A DNA stretch of 64,000 nucleotides from an uncultured Erysipelotrichaceae bacterium. Lineage in GTDB: Bacteria > Bacillota_I > Bacilli_A > RF39 > UBA660. The translations under genes and the position numbers were made by a program. Shown in pieces: positions 44,154-51,791 of this stretch. Position 1 is the first letter of the stretch, and each line of letters opens with the position of its first letter. The stretch is taken from contig CADBGE010000001.1 in assembly GCA_902794075.1 (NCBI GenBank), forward strand, positions 276,477-340,476. Reading direction: 5' to 3'. The notes beneath the pieces were generated by a model. That model had not been told where the DNA came from, did not search any database, and saw only the letters and a program-made list of their open reading frames with translations.

Positions 44154-46043
44154 ATGAGTAGATTTATAATAGATAGTACACAAACATCAACATTTGTTCC
44201 ATCGGCATATGACAGAGATAATAGTGTTGTTCATTCAGTTGGTAATGCAAATAATGGATTAAAAGGCGTTGATAGCTCAAACACTTCTGCTTCATTATAT
44301 TTACCGACTGGAGCGAGTGCCGAAATGTGGGCATATTATAATTTTGATTGTTCAACTATACCGCAAGATGCAGTTATAAATAATGTGACTTGTAGATTCC
44401 ATGGTTATCCTGGTGCTTCAAGCAGCGCTTATCAATCTAATAACTATTATCAAGTTTCAATAGGGACCAATAAATTAACTCCAACTACTGGATTTTCAAG
44501 CTCAAGCACTATATATACTAATACACCGAATCATGAATTTACGAGATCTGAACTTGATAATATAAAAATATGTATTCATTCTCAGAGAAATAGTTCAACA
44601 TACACTACATCAACATCTGTTCGTGTTGTATTTTACGGTGCAGAACTAAATGTAAATTATAGTCTCGGTCATTATGAATATGATGTTAATGTTGTTTCAA
44701 ACACTGATTTTGCAACAGTATCACAATCAGAAAATGTTGTTGATGAAGGAAATTCAATAACCATTCCAATCACAATAAGAAACATCAATAATATTATAAT
44801 AGAAGATAATAATATTGACATAAAATCACAACTTGTTCATCAATCAGGTAATATATATAATTACACAATATCAAATGTTAATTATGACCATGATATTGTA
44901 ATTAATAGAACAACTATTGATATAGAACCTGAAGATCCAGAATATAATTATTACACATTATCGTTATCATGTATAAATGGTGAAACAACACCAGATGGTG
45001 GAGCATATCGTTATGTTGAAGGAAGTAATCAGACAATTGAGATAGTGCCGAATGACACTATAATTACAATAGCACGAGATAATGGTGTTGATATTTCTTC
45101 ACAATTACAGCAAGGACGACAAATATATTCATGTGAATATACATCTGCTACTGTATCAGGTGCAACATATTCATTTACTCAAAATTCTGATGGATGGTTC
45201 ACTAATCAGAATACTTCGTCATCTCAAAGAAATACATATGCAATGATTAGGATTAATCTTAATCTTGAGGTTGAGTGTTTAGTAACCATAAAATATTATG
45301 GCAATTTACAAGGTGCGACAGATACGTTTAGTATTGGCAATATTGATGAAAATGTTGCTGTTAATAATTCAACAAATGGTTCTAAGATGTACACGACTTC
45401 ACCAAGAAATACAATTGACAACCCAAATACAACAAGTTTTGCAGATATACAGGGCGAACATTTTATCATATTAAAATTAAGACGTCCAAATAACTCAAGC
45501 TCAACATCAGTTACACATACCATAAATTTTAAAATAGAAATTACCCCATTAGTTCCAACTCATACTTGGATATATAATTTATCTAATATTCAAGATAATC
45601 ATTCGTTAATGTTTGTTTTTGGTGATGTAGAATATTATACCATTAACACAACAACTGATGTTACTAATGCTAAATTTTTACCATACGGAAATTGGGTATC
45701 TCTCCCGAATGAAACATATAAGTTGGTCATAATTCCTGATAACATTACACAAAAATTTCAAATAACGGATAATGATGTTGATGTTACGAATTATATGGAA
45801 TATCATGAATTTACTGATGAGAACAATCAGTTATCAGTAAATTATGTATATAAAATATTTAATGTCAATTCAAATCATAATCTTGTCATATCTAATCAAA
45901 CAAATCAATCTTCAAAATATATCAAAATGAATGGATCTTGGAACCTCATTAAGAATATATATGTAAAACAAAATGGAGAATGGATATTGAACAATGATTA
46001 TGATATAACATCAATTAATAAGATATCTTTTCTTAATTCTTAA
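44154..46043 (+). CDS. tail fibre / receptor-binding candidate
   Basis: 629-aa Ser/Thr/Asn-rich ORF, last gene of the fibre cassette. No specific family recognised. Confidence 0.5.
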   Translation: MSRFIIDSTQTSTFVPSAYDRDNSVVHSVGNANNGLKGVDSSNTSASLYLPTGASAEMWAYYNFDCSTIPQDAVINNVTCRFHGYPGASSSAYQSNNYYQVSIGTNKLTPTTGFSSSSTIYTNTPNHEFTRSELDNIKICIHSQRNSSTYTTSTSVRVVFYGAELNVNYSLGHYEYDVNVVSNTDFATVSQSENVVDEGNSITIPITIRNINNIIIEDNNIDIKSQLVHQSGNIYNYTISNVNYDHDIVINRTTIDIEPEDPEYNYYTLSLSCINGETTPDGGAYRYVEGSNQTIEIVPNDTIITIARDNGVDISSQLQQGRQIYSCEYTSATVSGATYSFTQNSDGWFTNQNTSSSQRNTYAMIRINLNLEVECLVTIKYYGNLQGATDTFSIGNIDENVAVNNSTNGSKMYTTSPRNTIDNPNTTSFADIQGEHFIILKLRRPNNSSSTSVTHTINFKIEITPLVPTHTWIYNLSNIQDNHSLMFVFGDVEYYTINTTTDVTNAKFLPYGNWVSLPNETYKLVIIPDNITQKFQITDNDVDVTNYMEYHEFTDENNQLSVNYVYKIFNVNSNHNLVISNQTNQSSKYIKMNGSWNLIKNIYVKQNGEWILNNDYDITSINKISFLNS

Positions 46044-46048
46044 TTTTG

Positions 46049-46120
46049 CGGAAATGCAGGGTTCCGACCCCTATCCACAAAAGTGAACGATCTGCTTAGC
46101 AGACCGCCATATTACTTTCC
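46049..46120 (-). tRNA. atypical tRNA-like gene, anticodon TAA (Leu-like); possibly a pseudogene
   Basis: Manual fold on the minus strand. Acceptor GGAAAGT/CATTTCC has only 5 clean pairs. Anticodon arm GGTCT-GCTAAGC-AGATC has C at position 33. T arm is TAGGG-GTCGGAA-CCCTG. Only 8 nt separate the acceptor and anticodon arm (no D arm), with a 15-nt region after it. Confidence 0.3.
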
Positions 46121-46140
46121 TACCTGCTGCTCATTAAGTG

Positions 46141-46217
46141 TACCGATGGACAGGATTGAACTGTCATGTAACCAATTACTCTTTCAACGCCTTATGAGAG
46201 CGAGGAGATACATCGGT
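46141..46217 (-). tRNA. atypical tRNA-like gene, anticodon CAT (Met or Ile2-like), no canonical D arm
   Basis: Minus strand: acceptor ACCGATG/CATCGGT, anticodon arm TCGCT-CTCATAA-GGCGT, canonical T arm GACAG-TTCAATC-CTGTC. Only 7 nt precede the anticodon arm and 21 nt (TGAAAGAGTAATTGGTTACAT) follow it. Confidence 0.5.
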
Positions 46218-46219
46218 AT

Positions 46220-46889
46220 TTGCGGAAATTATGATAAAAACTCTTTTATTTGTTGAATAATTTCTTTTGAATTATTGCAACAATATTCCCAATCTATTCT
46301 TAATTCTTTCCAGCCGTTCTTTTTTAATAAATTATCCTTTCTTTTATCACAATCTTGTTGATATTTTGAAATTTTATGAAATCTCCCATCCATTTCTATA
46401 ACTTTTTTATCATCAACCCAAGCAAAATCTAAAGAAAATGAATAAAACGGATATTCATGAATATAATTTGTATTAAGATTTTCATTTTTAATAACATTCA
46501 TTAACCATTGTTCTGGATATGATATATTATTTTTTCCTCTTAAATGTGCCCATGTTGGTGCAAGTCCTAATTTATGTTTTTCTTTCATTATTTGTGAAAG
46601 ATTATTTTTTTCTGCATCAGATAATTTGTGACCTTTAAAAATTTTTCTATTGGGATTACATTTACAAAATGTTTCATGTCTTTTATAACATTGATATGAC
46701 ATTAACATTTCTCGTCCGCAATATTGACAAACAAAATTATTTTTTATTTTATTATCTAATCGTTCGGATCTATTAGGATTAAGCTTACAATATTTTTCAT
46801 GTAATCTGCATCCATTTAATTTTTTATATGTTTTATTACAAAACTTACAATTAAACATTTTTATTTTATTTTTTATTTATTGCGGAAAT
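46220..46889 (-). mobile_element. free-standing homing-endonuclease cassette bounded by 10-bp direct repeats
   Basis: ttgcggaaat occurs at 46220-46229 and 46880-46889, flanking ORF 46229-46858. The right copy is the 3' end of the Ser-like tRNA. The left copy is an orphan abutting the 5' end of the CAT tRNA-like gene. A third copy at 46046-46055 ends the TAA tRNA-like gene. Confidence 0.55.
46229..46858 (-). CDS. homing endonuclease-like protein (zinc knuckles plus DUF559/Vsr-like PD-(D/E)xK domain)
   Basis: 209 aa. Two CxxC...H...C knuckles (CKFCNKTYKKLNGCRLHEKYC and CQYCGREMLMSYQCYKRHETFC). The C-terminal FSLDFAWVDDKKVIEMDGRFH...W.ELRI is typical of DUF559-type endonuclease domains. Confidence 0.65.
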   Translation of the reverse strand: MFNCKFCNKTYKKLNGCRLHEKYCKLNPNRSERLDNKIKNNFVCQYCGREMLMSYQCYKRHETFCKCNPNRKIFKGHKLSDAEKNNLSQIMKEKHKLGLAPTWAHLRGKNNISYPEQWLMNVIKNENLNTNYIHEYPFYSFSLDFAWVDDKKVIEMDGRFHKISKYQQDCDKRKDNLLKKNGWKELRIDWEYCCNNSKEIIQQIKEFLS

Positions 46890-46968
46890 GGGCGGTCACG
46901 ATCCGCATGCGACTTAACGCACCAACAGGTTAGCAATCTGTGTCCTCTCCTTGAGAATTCCTATTTCC
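46883..46968 (-). tRNA. type II tRNA-Ser(GCT)-like gene with non-canonical T loop
   Basis: Minus strand: acceptor GGAAATA/CATTTCC, G73, anticodon arm ACAGA-TTGCTAA-CCTGT, long variable hairpin GTGCG-TTAAGT-CGCAT, T arm (T)GCGG-ATCGTGA-CCGC(C). Confidence 0.45.
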
Positions 46969-46974
46969 AAATAG

Positions 46975-47047
46975 TGGGTCAAGTACGTTCCGCCCGTACT
47001 CCTCGAGTGCTTCAAACTCGCGCTTCTACTAAGTTAGCTTTTGACCC
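46975..47047 (-). tRNA. tRNA-Phe(GAA)-like gene with non-canonical T loop
   Basis: Cloverleaf spacing is correct (7-2-17-1-17-4-17-7). Acceptor GGGTCAA/TTGACCC, anticodon arm CGAGT-TTGAAGC-ACTCG, T arm GTACG-GGCGGAA-CGTAC. Positions 8-9 are AA and the D loop lacks GG. Confidence 0.5.
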
Positions 47048-47073
47048 AAATTAGCTTCTTCTCTATTTTATTG

Positions 47074-47150
47074 TTGGAAGGATGAGAATCGAACTCACAT
47101 GTAACCAATTATCCTTTCAACGGTGTATCAGACCGAGGGAATACCTTCCA
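47074..47150 (-). tRNA. atypical tRNA-like gene, anticodon GAT (Ile-like), no canonical D arm
   Basis: Minus strand: acceptor TGGAAGG/CCTTCCA, anticodon arm TCGGT-CTGATAC-ACCGT, canonical T arm GTGAG-TTCGATT-CTCAT. Architecture matches 46141-46217, including the identical TGAAAG and TAATTGGTTACAT segments. Confidence 0.5.
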
Positions 47151-47159
47151 TTATATTTG

Positions 47160-47231
47160 CAGGTCGTGAAGGAATCAAACCTCCATCTTCGGGTTTGGAG
47201 TCCGACATAATAATCATTATACCAACGACCT
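47160..47231 (-). tRNA. tRNA-Trp(CCA)
   Basis: Manual cloverleaf: acceptor AGGTCGT/ACGACCT, anticodon arm TCGGA-CTCCAAA-CCCGA (A31-C39 mismatch), T arm GGAGG-TTTGATT-CCTTC, G73. Confidence 0.7.
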
Positions 47232-47239
47232 ATTTTTTG

Positions 47240-47315
47240 AGTCCCAGACAGGATTCGAACCTGTGATGAATACGATTTTGCAGATCGTCGCCTTCGTCCT
47301 CTCAGCCACTGAGAC
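47240..47315 (-). tRNA. tRNA-Cys(GCA)
   Basis: Acceptor GTCTCAG/CTGGGAC, anticodon arm ACGAT-CTGCAAA-ATCGT, T arm ACAGG-TTCGAAT-CCTGT, and the U73 discriminator expected for Cys. Confidence 0.75.
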
Positions 47316-47331
47316 TTTTTATAAAATCTTG

Positions 47332-47404
47332 GGAGTTATACGGGAATCGCACCCGTGACAACAGAACCACAATCTGTTATGTTAACTACTACACTAATAA
47401 CTCC
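47332..47404 (-). tRNA. tRNA-His(GTG)
   Basis: Acceptor GAGTTAT/ATAACTC, an encoded G-1 opposite C73 (His identity feature), anticodon arm ACAGA-TTGTGGT-TCTGT, T arm ACGGG-TGCGATT-CCCGT. Confidence 0.75.
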
Positions 47405-47413
47405 ATATATTTG

Positions 47414-47486
47414 TCTTTCTACAAGGATTCGAACCCTGACCATGAAATTCGTAGTTTCGTATGCTAATCCATTACACCATAGAAAG
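47414..47486 (-). tRNA. tRNA-Arg(ACG)
   Basis: Acceptor CTTTCTA/TAGAAAG, anticodon loop CTACGAA, T arm CAGGG-TTCGAAT-CCTTG, A73. Confidence 0.75.
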
Positions 47487-47688
47487 TATTAATTATATAA
47501 TAAAAAAGAAACCCACATTTTCATGCAGGTTTCTGAAGTATAAATGCAAATATTGTGTAATAAAATATTCTATGATAAAATTATACTTCCATATCACCTG
47601 CGTTAATGCCTTTAAAGCACCAACTACAAAAACTAATATGTCGCATAATTTTGTTCATTTTTCTATTATTTATTAGTATAATATATTA

Positions 47689-47719
47689 ATAATATATTTT
47701 TTCTTAGAAAAAAATTCAA
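47689..47719 (-). promoter_or_regulatory. promoter-like motif copy upstream of the tRNA array
   Basis: aaattcaaa at 47711-47719. The minus strand reads TTGAAT followed about 17-18 nt later by an AT-rich -10-like hexamer. The next minus-strand feature is tRNA-Arg. Confidence 0.4.
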
Positions 47720-47747
47720 AAATACATAAAAAATAATTAATTTAATT

Positions 47748-48263
47748 TTAGAACATGAATGATTGTGCCTTAGGATTTGTTCTAATGAAAGCATCACATA
47801 AAAACTTTACAAATTCATTTACATTGTTCAATTTAATGTAATGCCGTTGTGATGATTTGTTGCTAACCAATGTGCCAACATTTTCAGGCAGTCTATCTAT
47901 GAAAAACTTATAAAATCTATCATTGTCTTTCTTATAAGCAAAATCATATAATACTTCAATCACATCATCGGAATCATTTTCATCATACATAAATTTAGGA
48001 TATCTAATCTGTATTGATGATGTAATCCAATTTGAATTTTGTGGTCCAGCCTTTTCAAAATCTTTAGAATTTATATATAATATATCAAAATGCACACTGT
48101 CAATTTGAGGTAGTAATACAGACATATTTGAAATATTTTTTTCTTTTATGTAATCATTAATCATTGAAGCAATCTTAAAGAAATCTTGCTTAGTTTTCAA
48201 CATTGTAGTTCCTTCATTAAACATTTTTTCAGAACCGTTTAAATATTCTTGTAAACTTTTCAT
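47748..48263 (-). CDS. hypothetical protein with CTS-like leader
   Basis: 171 aa with N-terminus MKSLQEYLNG. Confidence 0.55.
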   Translation of the reverse strand: MKSLQEYLNGSEKMFNEGTTMLKTKQDFFKIASMINDYIKEKNISNMSVLLPQIDSVHFDILYINSKDFEKAGPQNSNWITSSIQIRYPKFMYDENDSDDVIEVLYDFAYKKDNDRFYKFFIDRLPENVGTLVSNKSSQRHYIKLNNVNEFVKFLCDAFIRTNPKAQSFMF

Positions 48264-48310
48264 AAAACCGTTTTTTTTTTGTCTTATATATTAAAAATAA
48301 TCAACAATTC

Positions 48311-49057
48311 TTAACTAAAGTTTTCATTCATCATTGCATATTCACCAAGTCTTCTCTTATAATGTCCAGGTTTTGTGCATCGTGTTTTCTTTACAACCGC
48401 AAGTGTGTATGCAATATCTGATGCATTGATTTCTCTATTATGAAATCTGCAGTTCTTAAGTCTTTTATAAAATTCAGTTGTTCTAACGCCACGTTCTCCA
48501 CAGTTATATACAAGACTTCCTAATCCATCAACAATTCCTTGAGGCCATTTATATGATGCATTCACCTCATTCAGCATATCTGTGACTGCCTTGTCAACCC
48601 ATGCAATGTCTTTGGCAAACAGTTCATCAGCGCGTTTCTGAGTAATCTTCTTAATTCCTTGCTCATGTTTTTCTTGAAGATAGTGACCCCAGCCGATTGT
48701 GTTATGTTTTTCTCCTGGAATATGATATGCAGTTAACTTACATTTCTCATACGACTTGATGAATTCATGCCCACGTTTTGACATTCTATAAACTCGAGGA
48801 GCATGAACAGCAACAGCAACATCCTTAATCTTTTCAATCTTATCAGATTCAGAACGATTCTTCAGAACATATATTGTATCATACTTTACTATATATTCAT
48901 CTTCATCAGGAACCTCGATATATGTAATGTTCTGCATGTCATAGTATTCAATAGTCTTATTAATGTTACTTACAATATACGGTGACATTACTACAAATGG
49001 TAAAGCAGCAGGAATAATTGCTTTTACAAATTGCGACTTAAAAAATGTACTGTTCAT
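48311..49057 (-). CDS. GH24 phage lysozyme with N-terminal hydrophobic anchor
   Basis: 248 aa. GHEFIKSYEKCKLTAYHIPGEKHNTIGWGH fits the GH24 E-x8-(D)-x5-T catalytic region, with His in place of the usual Asp. N-terminal FVKAIIPAALPFVVMSPYIV is a membrane or signal-anchor segment. Confidence 0.7.
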   Translation of the reverse strand: MNSTFFKSQFVKAIIPAALPFVVMSPYIVSNINKTIEYYDMQNITYIEVPDEDEYIVKYDTIYVLKNRSESDKIEKIKDVAVAVHAPRVYRMSKRGHEFIKSYEKCKLTAYHIPGEKHNTIGWGHYLQEKHEQGIKKITQKRADELFAKDIAWVDKAVTDMLNEVNASYKWPQGIVDGLGSLVYNCGERGVRTTEFYKRLKNCRFHNREINASDIAYTLAVVKKTRCTKPGHYKRRLGEYAMMNENFS

Positions 49058-49152
49058 ATTTTTGATTTTTGTATCTACAAAATATTAATTTTTTTGTATC
49101 TACAAAATATAAACAGTACATTAAAAATTAAATGCATATGTTATAAATAATG

Positions 49153-50184
49153 TTAAATGTCACCACTTAACTTTTTTACAGTGTATTCGATTGTTCTTTT
49201 TAGTCCTTCATTAATGTCAACTTCAGGTGTCCAATTCAAAAGTTCATTGGCTCTAGTATTGTCACATTGTGAATACTTATTTACCTCATGATCAAGAATA
49301 TTTCTAGATATCTTATATTCTCCTTCATATAGTTCAGGATATTTATCCCAATACTTTGAACTATCATTATATACCGCATCAATATTCGTATTCATAATAT
49401 TTTTTGCAATGTCATATAATTCTCTTACGCTGTATGAAGTATTTGAACTACAGTTTATTACATTAAATCCACTCAATGTTCGTGCACGATAAACAAGTTC
49501 AAGAAGATCATCTATATAAATATAATCACGGGCCTGTTTACCGTCACTGAAGAAGTTTGGAGTTCTGTCATAATATAGTTCACGAATCATATATCCAACA
49601 AACGGAGGCTGCTTTCTAAGACAATCAATATGAGGTCCATATACATTTGCAAATCTTATGCATGTTACATTCATTCCGTAAGTATCGCAAAATGACTGCG
49701 CAAATCGTTCAGCACAATACTTCGTATTTGGATATATTAGTGTAGGTAGATTATATTCATTGATGTCATCTTCTTTAGTTGGGAAGTCAACGACATTTTC
49801 ATACATTGCATTTGTTGATGCTTGTACAACACTATAAACATTATGACGTCTGCACAACTCAAGAACTTTCACAAGTCCATTTACATTTACATCAACTGCT
49901 TCTGCTGGATTACATTGACAATCAGGAAGCGGAGCAATTCCAGCAATATTGAACACACATTCTATTCTATTGTCTTCAAATAATTGTTCAAACTCTTTAC
50001 TGCGAATATCCATTACATATAGAATCTCATTTAAGTCAACGTCATCAAAAATTAGATTATCTTCATGACCATAACTCATATTGTCAACAAGAATAAGATC
50101 ATATCCAAGCTTATATAACTTATATGCAAGTTGTCCACCAATAAAACCTGCAGCTCCAGTAATTAAAATTATTTCTCTGTCCAT
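49153..50184 (-). CDS. NAD-dependent nucleotide-sugar epimerase/dehydratase (extended SDR)
   Basis: 343 aa with Rossmann ILITGAAGFIGGQL (TGxxGxxG) and catalytic YPNTKYCAE (YxxxK). Confidence 0.75.
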   Translation of the reverse strand: MDREIILITGAAGFIGGQLAYKLYKLGYDLILVDNMSYGHEDNLIFDDVDLNEILYVMDIRSKEFEQLFEDNRIECVFNIAGIAPLPDCQCNPAEAVDVNVNGLVKVLELCRRHNVYSVVQASTNAMYENVVDFPTKEDDINEYNLPTLIYPNTKYCAERFAQSFCDTYGMNVTCIRFANVYGPHIDCLRKQPPFVGYMIRELYYDRTPNFFSDGKQARDYIYIDDLLELVYRARTLSGFNVINCSSNTSYSVRELYDIAKNIMNTNIDAVYNDSSKYWDKYPELYEGEYKISRNILDHEVNKYSQCDNTRANELLNWTPEVDINEGLKRTIEYTVKKLSGDI

Positions 50185-50211
50185 TTTTTATAATATATAT
50201 TAAAGATTATT

Positions 50212-50892
50212 TCATTCACTAAATTTCAGTACTTGTTCTGTTCTATACATTTCGCCATTTCTTAGTATATCATAATATATGACATTTGAAATATATAGCT
50301 TATCATATTCTTTTACGCATTCACAAAGGTCAATGAACTTATTTATGTCATTAAAATAATATCCGCCTGCACAAAATTCAGAACTAATCACACGTTTCTC
50401 AATTATGTTTAACACAACATCATCAGATGTAGTTGATACATAACTTTTATTAGAAGGATTTATTTCAATTACATCTTCAAGTTTATATGTATATACTGTA
50501 TTTTCATTATTTAGCTCGGCAATATTAAAACTTGCATCGGCATCTTTGATGAACAATCCATATCTACTGTATGGTATCTGATTTACTGTCTGAAGAATAG
50601 TATCAACAACATTTCTTGTTTCATTAACAACAATGACATGCGTCTTATCAACAAAACTTTCATTATTAAGTTGAATTTCAAGCATATTCTTAATATGATA
50701 TATGTCATCAATCTTCTTATTTACTACAATATATATCTTATTGAAATCATCCAATGGAAGATCTAACATATTGTTTATGATATTCATCCGTCCAAAATCA
50801 TTTAATTTAAAAATCTCTGGAATGAATTGTTCATATATTTCATTATATGCAGCAGCAGGAATTACAAGTATTTTATTATTGTTCATAGTCAA
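50212..50892 (-). CDS. nucleotide-diphospho-sugar transferase-fold protein lacking the NTP-binding glycine loop
   Basis: 226 aa, collinear with the N-terminal domain of 51792-53177 (VVDTI vs AIETI, KDADAS vs LDCDLV, AGGYYF vs AGVYGF, YISNVIY vs YVSYIYN). It has LVIPAAAYNE instead of GGLGTR. Confidence 0.45.
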   Translation of the reverse strand: MTMNNNKILVIPAAAYNEIYEQFIPEIFKLNDFGRMNIINNMLDLPLDDFNKIYIVVNKKIDDIYHIKNMLEIQLNNESFVDKTHVIVVNETRNVVDTILQTVNQIPYSRYGLFIKDADASFNIAELNNENTVYTYKLEDVIEINPSNKSYVSTTSDDVVLNIIEKRVISSEFCAGGYYFNDINKFIDLCECVKEYDKLYISNVIYYDILRNGEMYRTEQVLKFSE

Positions 50893-50897
50893 AAAGA

Positions 50898-51788
50898 TTA
50901 AAATTTTTCATTAAGAATGTTATTAATTGTGTCAATTAAGTATATAGTAACAGAATCCTTTTTAGCATATTGTACTATTCGTAAGAAGTTCATAAGTTGG
51001 AATATTGCATATGAATCTTTGTAAAATGAATACTTACTAAAGTTTATGTCAAGTTGTTCATCAATGTATTTGCAAATCATATCATAACGAGTCTTATCAT
51101 ATTCCTTGCTATTATACATTAATGTACTCCACTTATATTTAGTATCCTGTCTAAGTTTCACAATGTCGATAATCGGAGATTCAATGAAAGAATCTAAAAA
51201 ATCAATCAAAGCAAATTCATTATCCCTAAATATGATGTTTGAGAATGTCAGATCGCCATGACACTTCCCAACATAAAAGTTTTCAAACTTCATAACAGGC
51301 TTAAATATTTCATCACATCGTTCAATGATTTTCATTATTGATGAATAATACGGAGAATCATTTTTATATATATTCATCATATTCTTTTTAACTGACATCC
51401 ATTTCTTATAAAGTTCATCAGTTTCATATTCAGCAACGCATATACTTGATTCAATTTCATTACGAACATATTCGCAGATAGTTGATATAAATTTATCAAT
51501 AATCATCTTATCTGCATACTCAAAGAATGAAACAAAATTTTTTCCATATACATATTCCATTATGCCATGATATTCGCCAGGCCATGTTTCATCAGAATTT
51601 ATAATCTTTGGCACAACAATATTCTTTGTTATGTTTGTTTTTGCCGCAGATAACTGTTTATCAAACTGCGCCTTAAGTCTTGGAATATATTTTTCATTCT
51701 TTGTGTACTTATCAATAACAAGAATGTCTTTATTCTTTTTAATGTCTATGTAACATCCTGAATGTCCTTCTACTTCAATTTTTTTCAT
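50898..51788 (-). CDS. APH/choline-kinase-family small-molecule kinase
   Basis: 296 aa. GKCHGDLTFSNIIF...ALIDFLD is Brenner's HGDxxxxN catalytic loop plus the D-F-x-D metal-binding motif of the aminoglycoside / choline / anomeric sugar kinase family. Confidence 0.7.
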   Translation of the reverse strand: MKKIEVEGHSGCYIDIKKNKDILVIDKYTKNEKYIPRLKAQFDKQLSAAKTNITKNIVVPKIINSDETWPGEYHGIMEYVYGKNFVSFFEYADKMIIDKFISTICEYVRNEIESSICVAEYETDELYKKWMSVKKNMMNIYKNDSPYYSSIMKIIERCDEIFKPVMKFENFYVGKCHGDLTFSNIIFRDNEFALIDFLDSFIESPIIDIVKLRQDTKYKWSTLMYNSKEYDKTRYDMICKYIDEQLDINFSKYSFYKDSYAIFQLMNFLRIVQYAKKDSVTIYLIDTINNILNEKF

Positions 51789-51791
51789 AAT

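Noticed and set aside
40960-46043. A diversity-generating retroelement acting on the tail-fibre genes.
   Set aside because: No reverse transcriptase ORF and no template/variable repeat pair with adenine-specific differences is visible in the window. The fibre repeats are protein-level modules.
46091-46103. The hairpin TCTGC-TTA-GCAGA read on the plus strand as a TTA-anticodon (ochre suppressor) tRNA.
   Set aside because: There is no plus-strand cloverleaf, since no T arm lies before the 3' acceptor. The arm spacing only fits the minus strand, where the anticodon is TAA (Leu-like). Even that call is weak.
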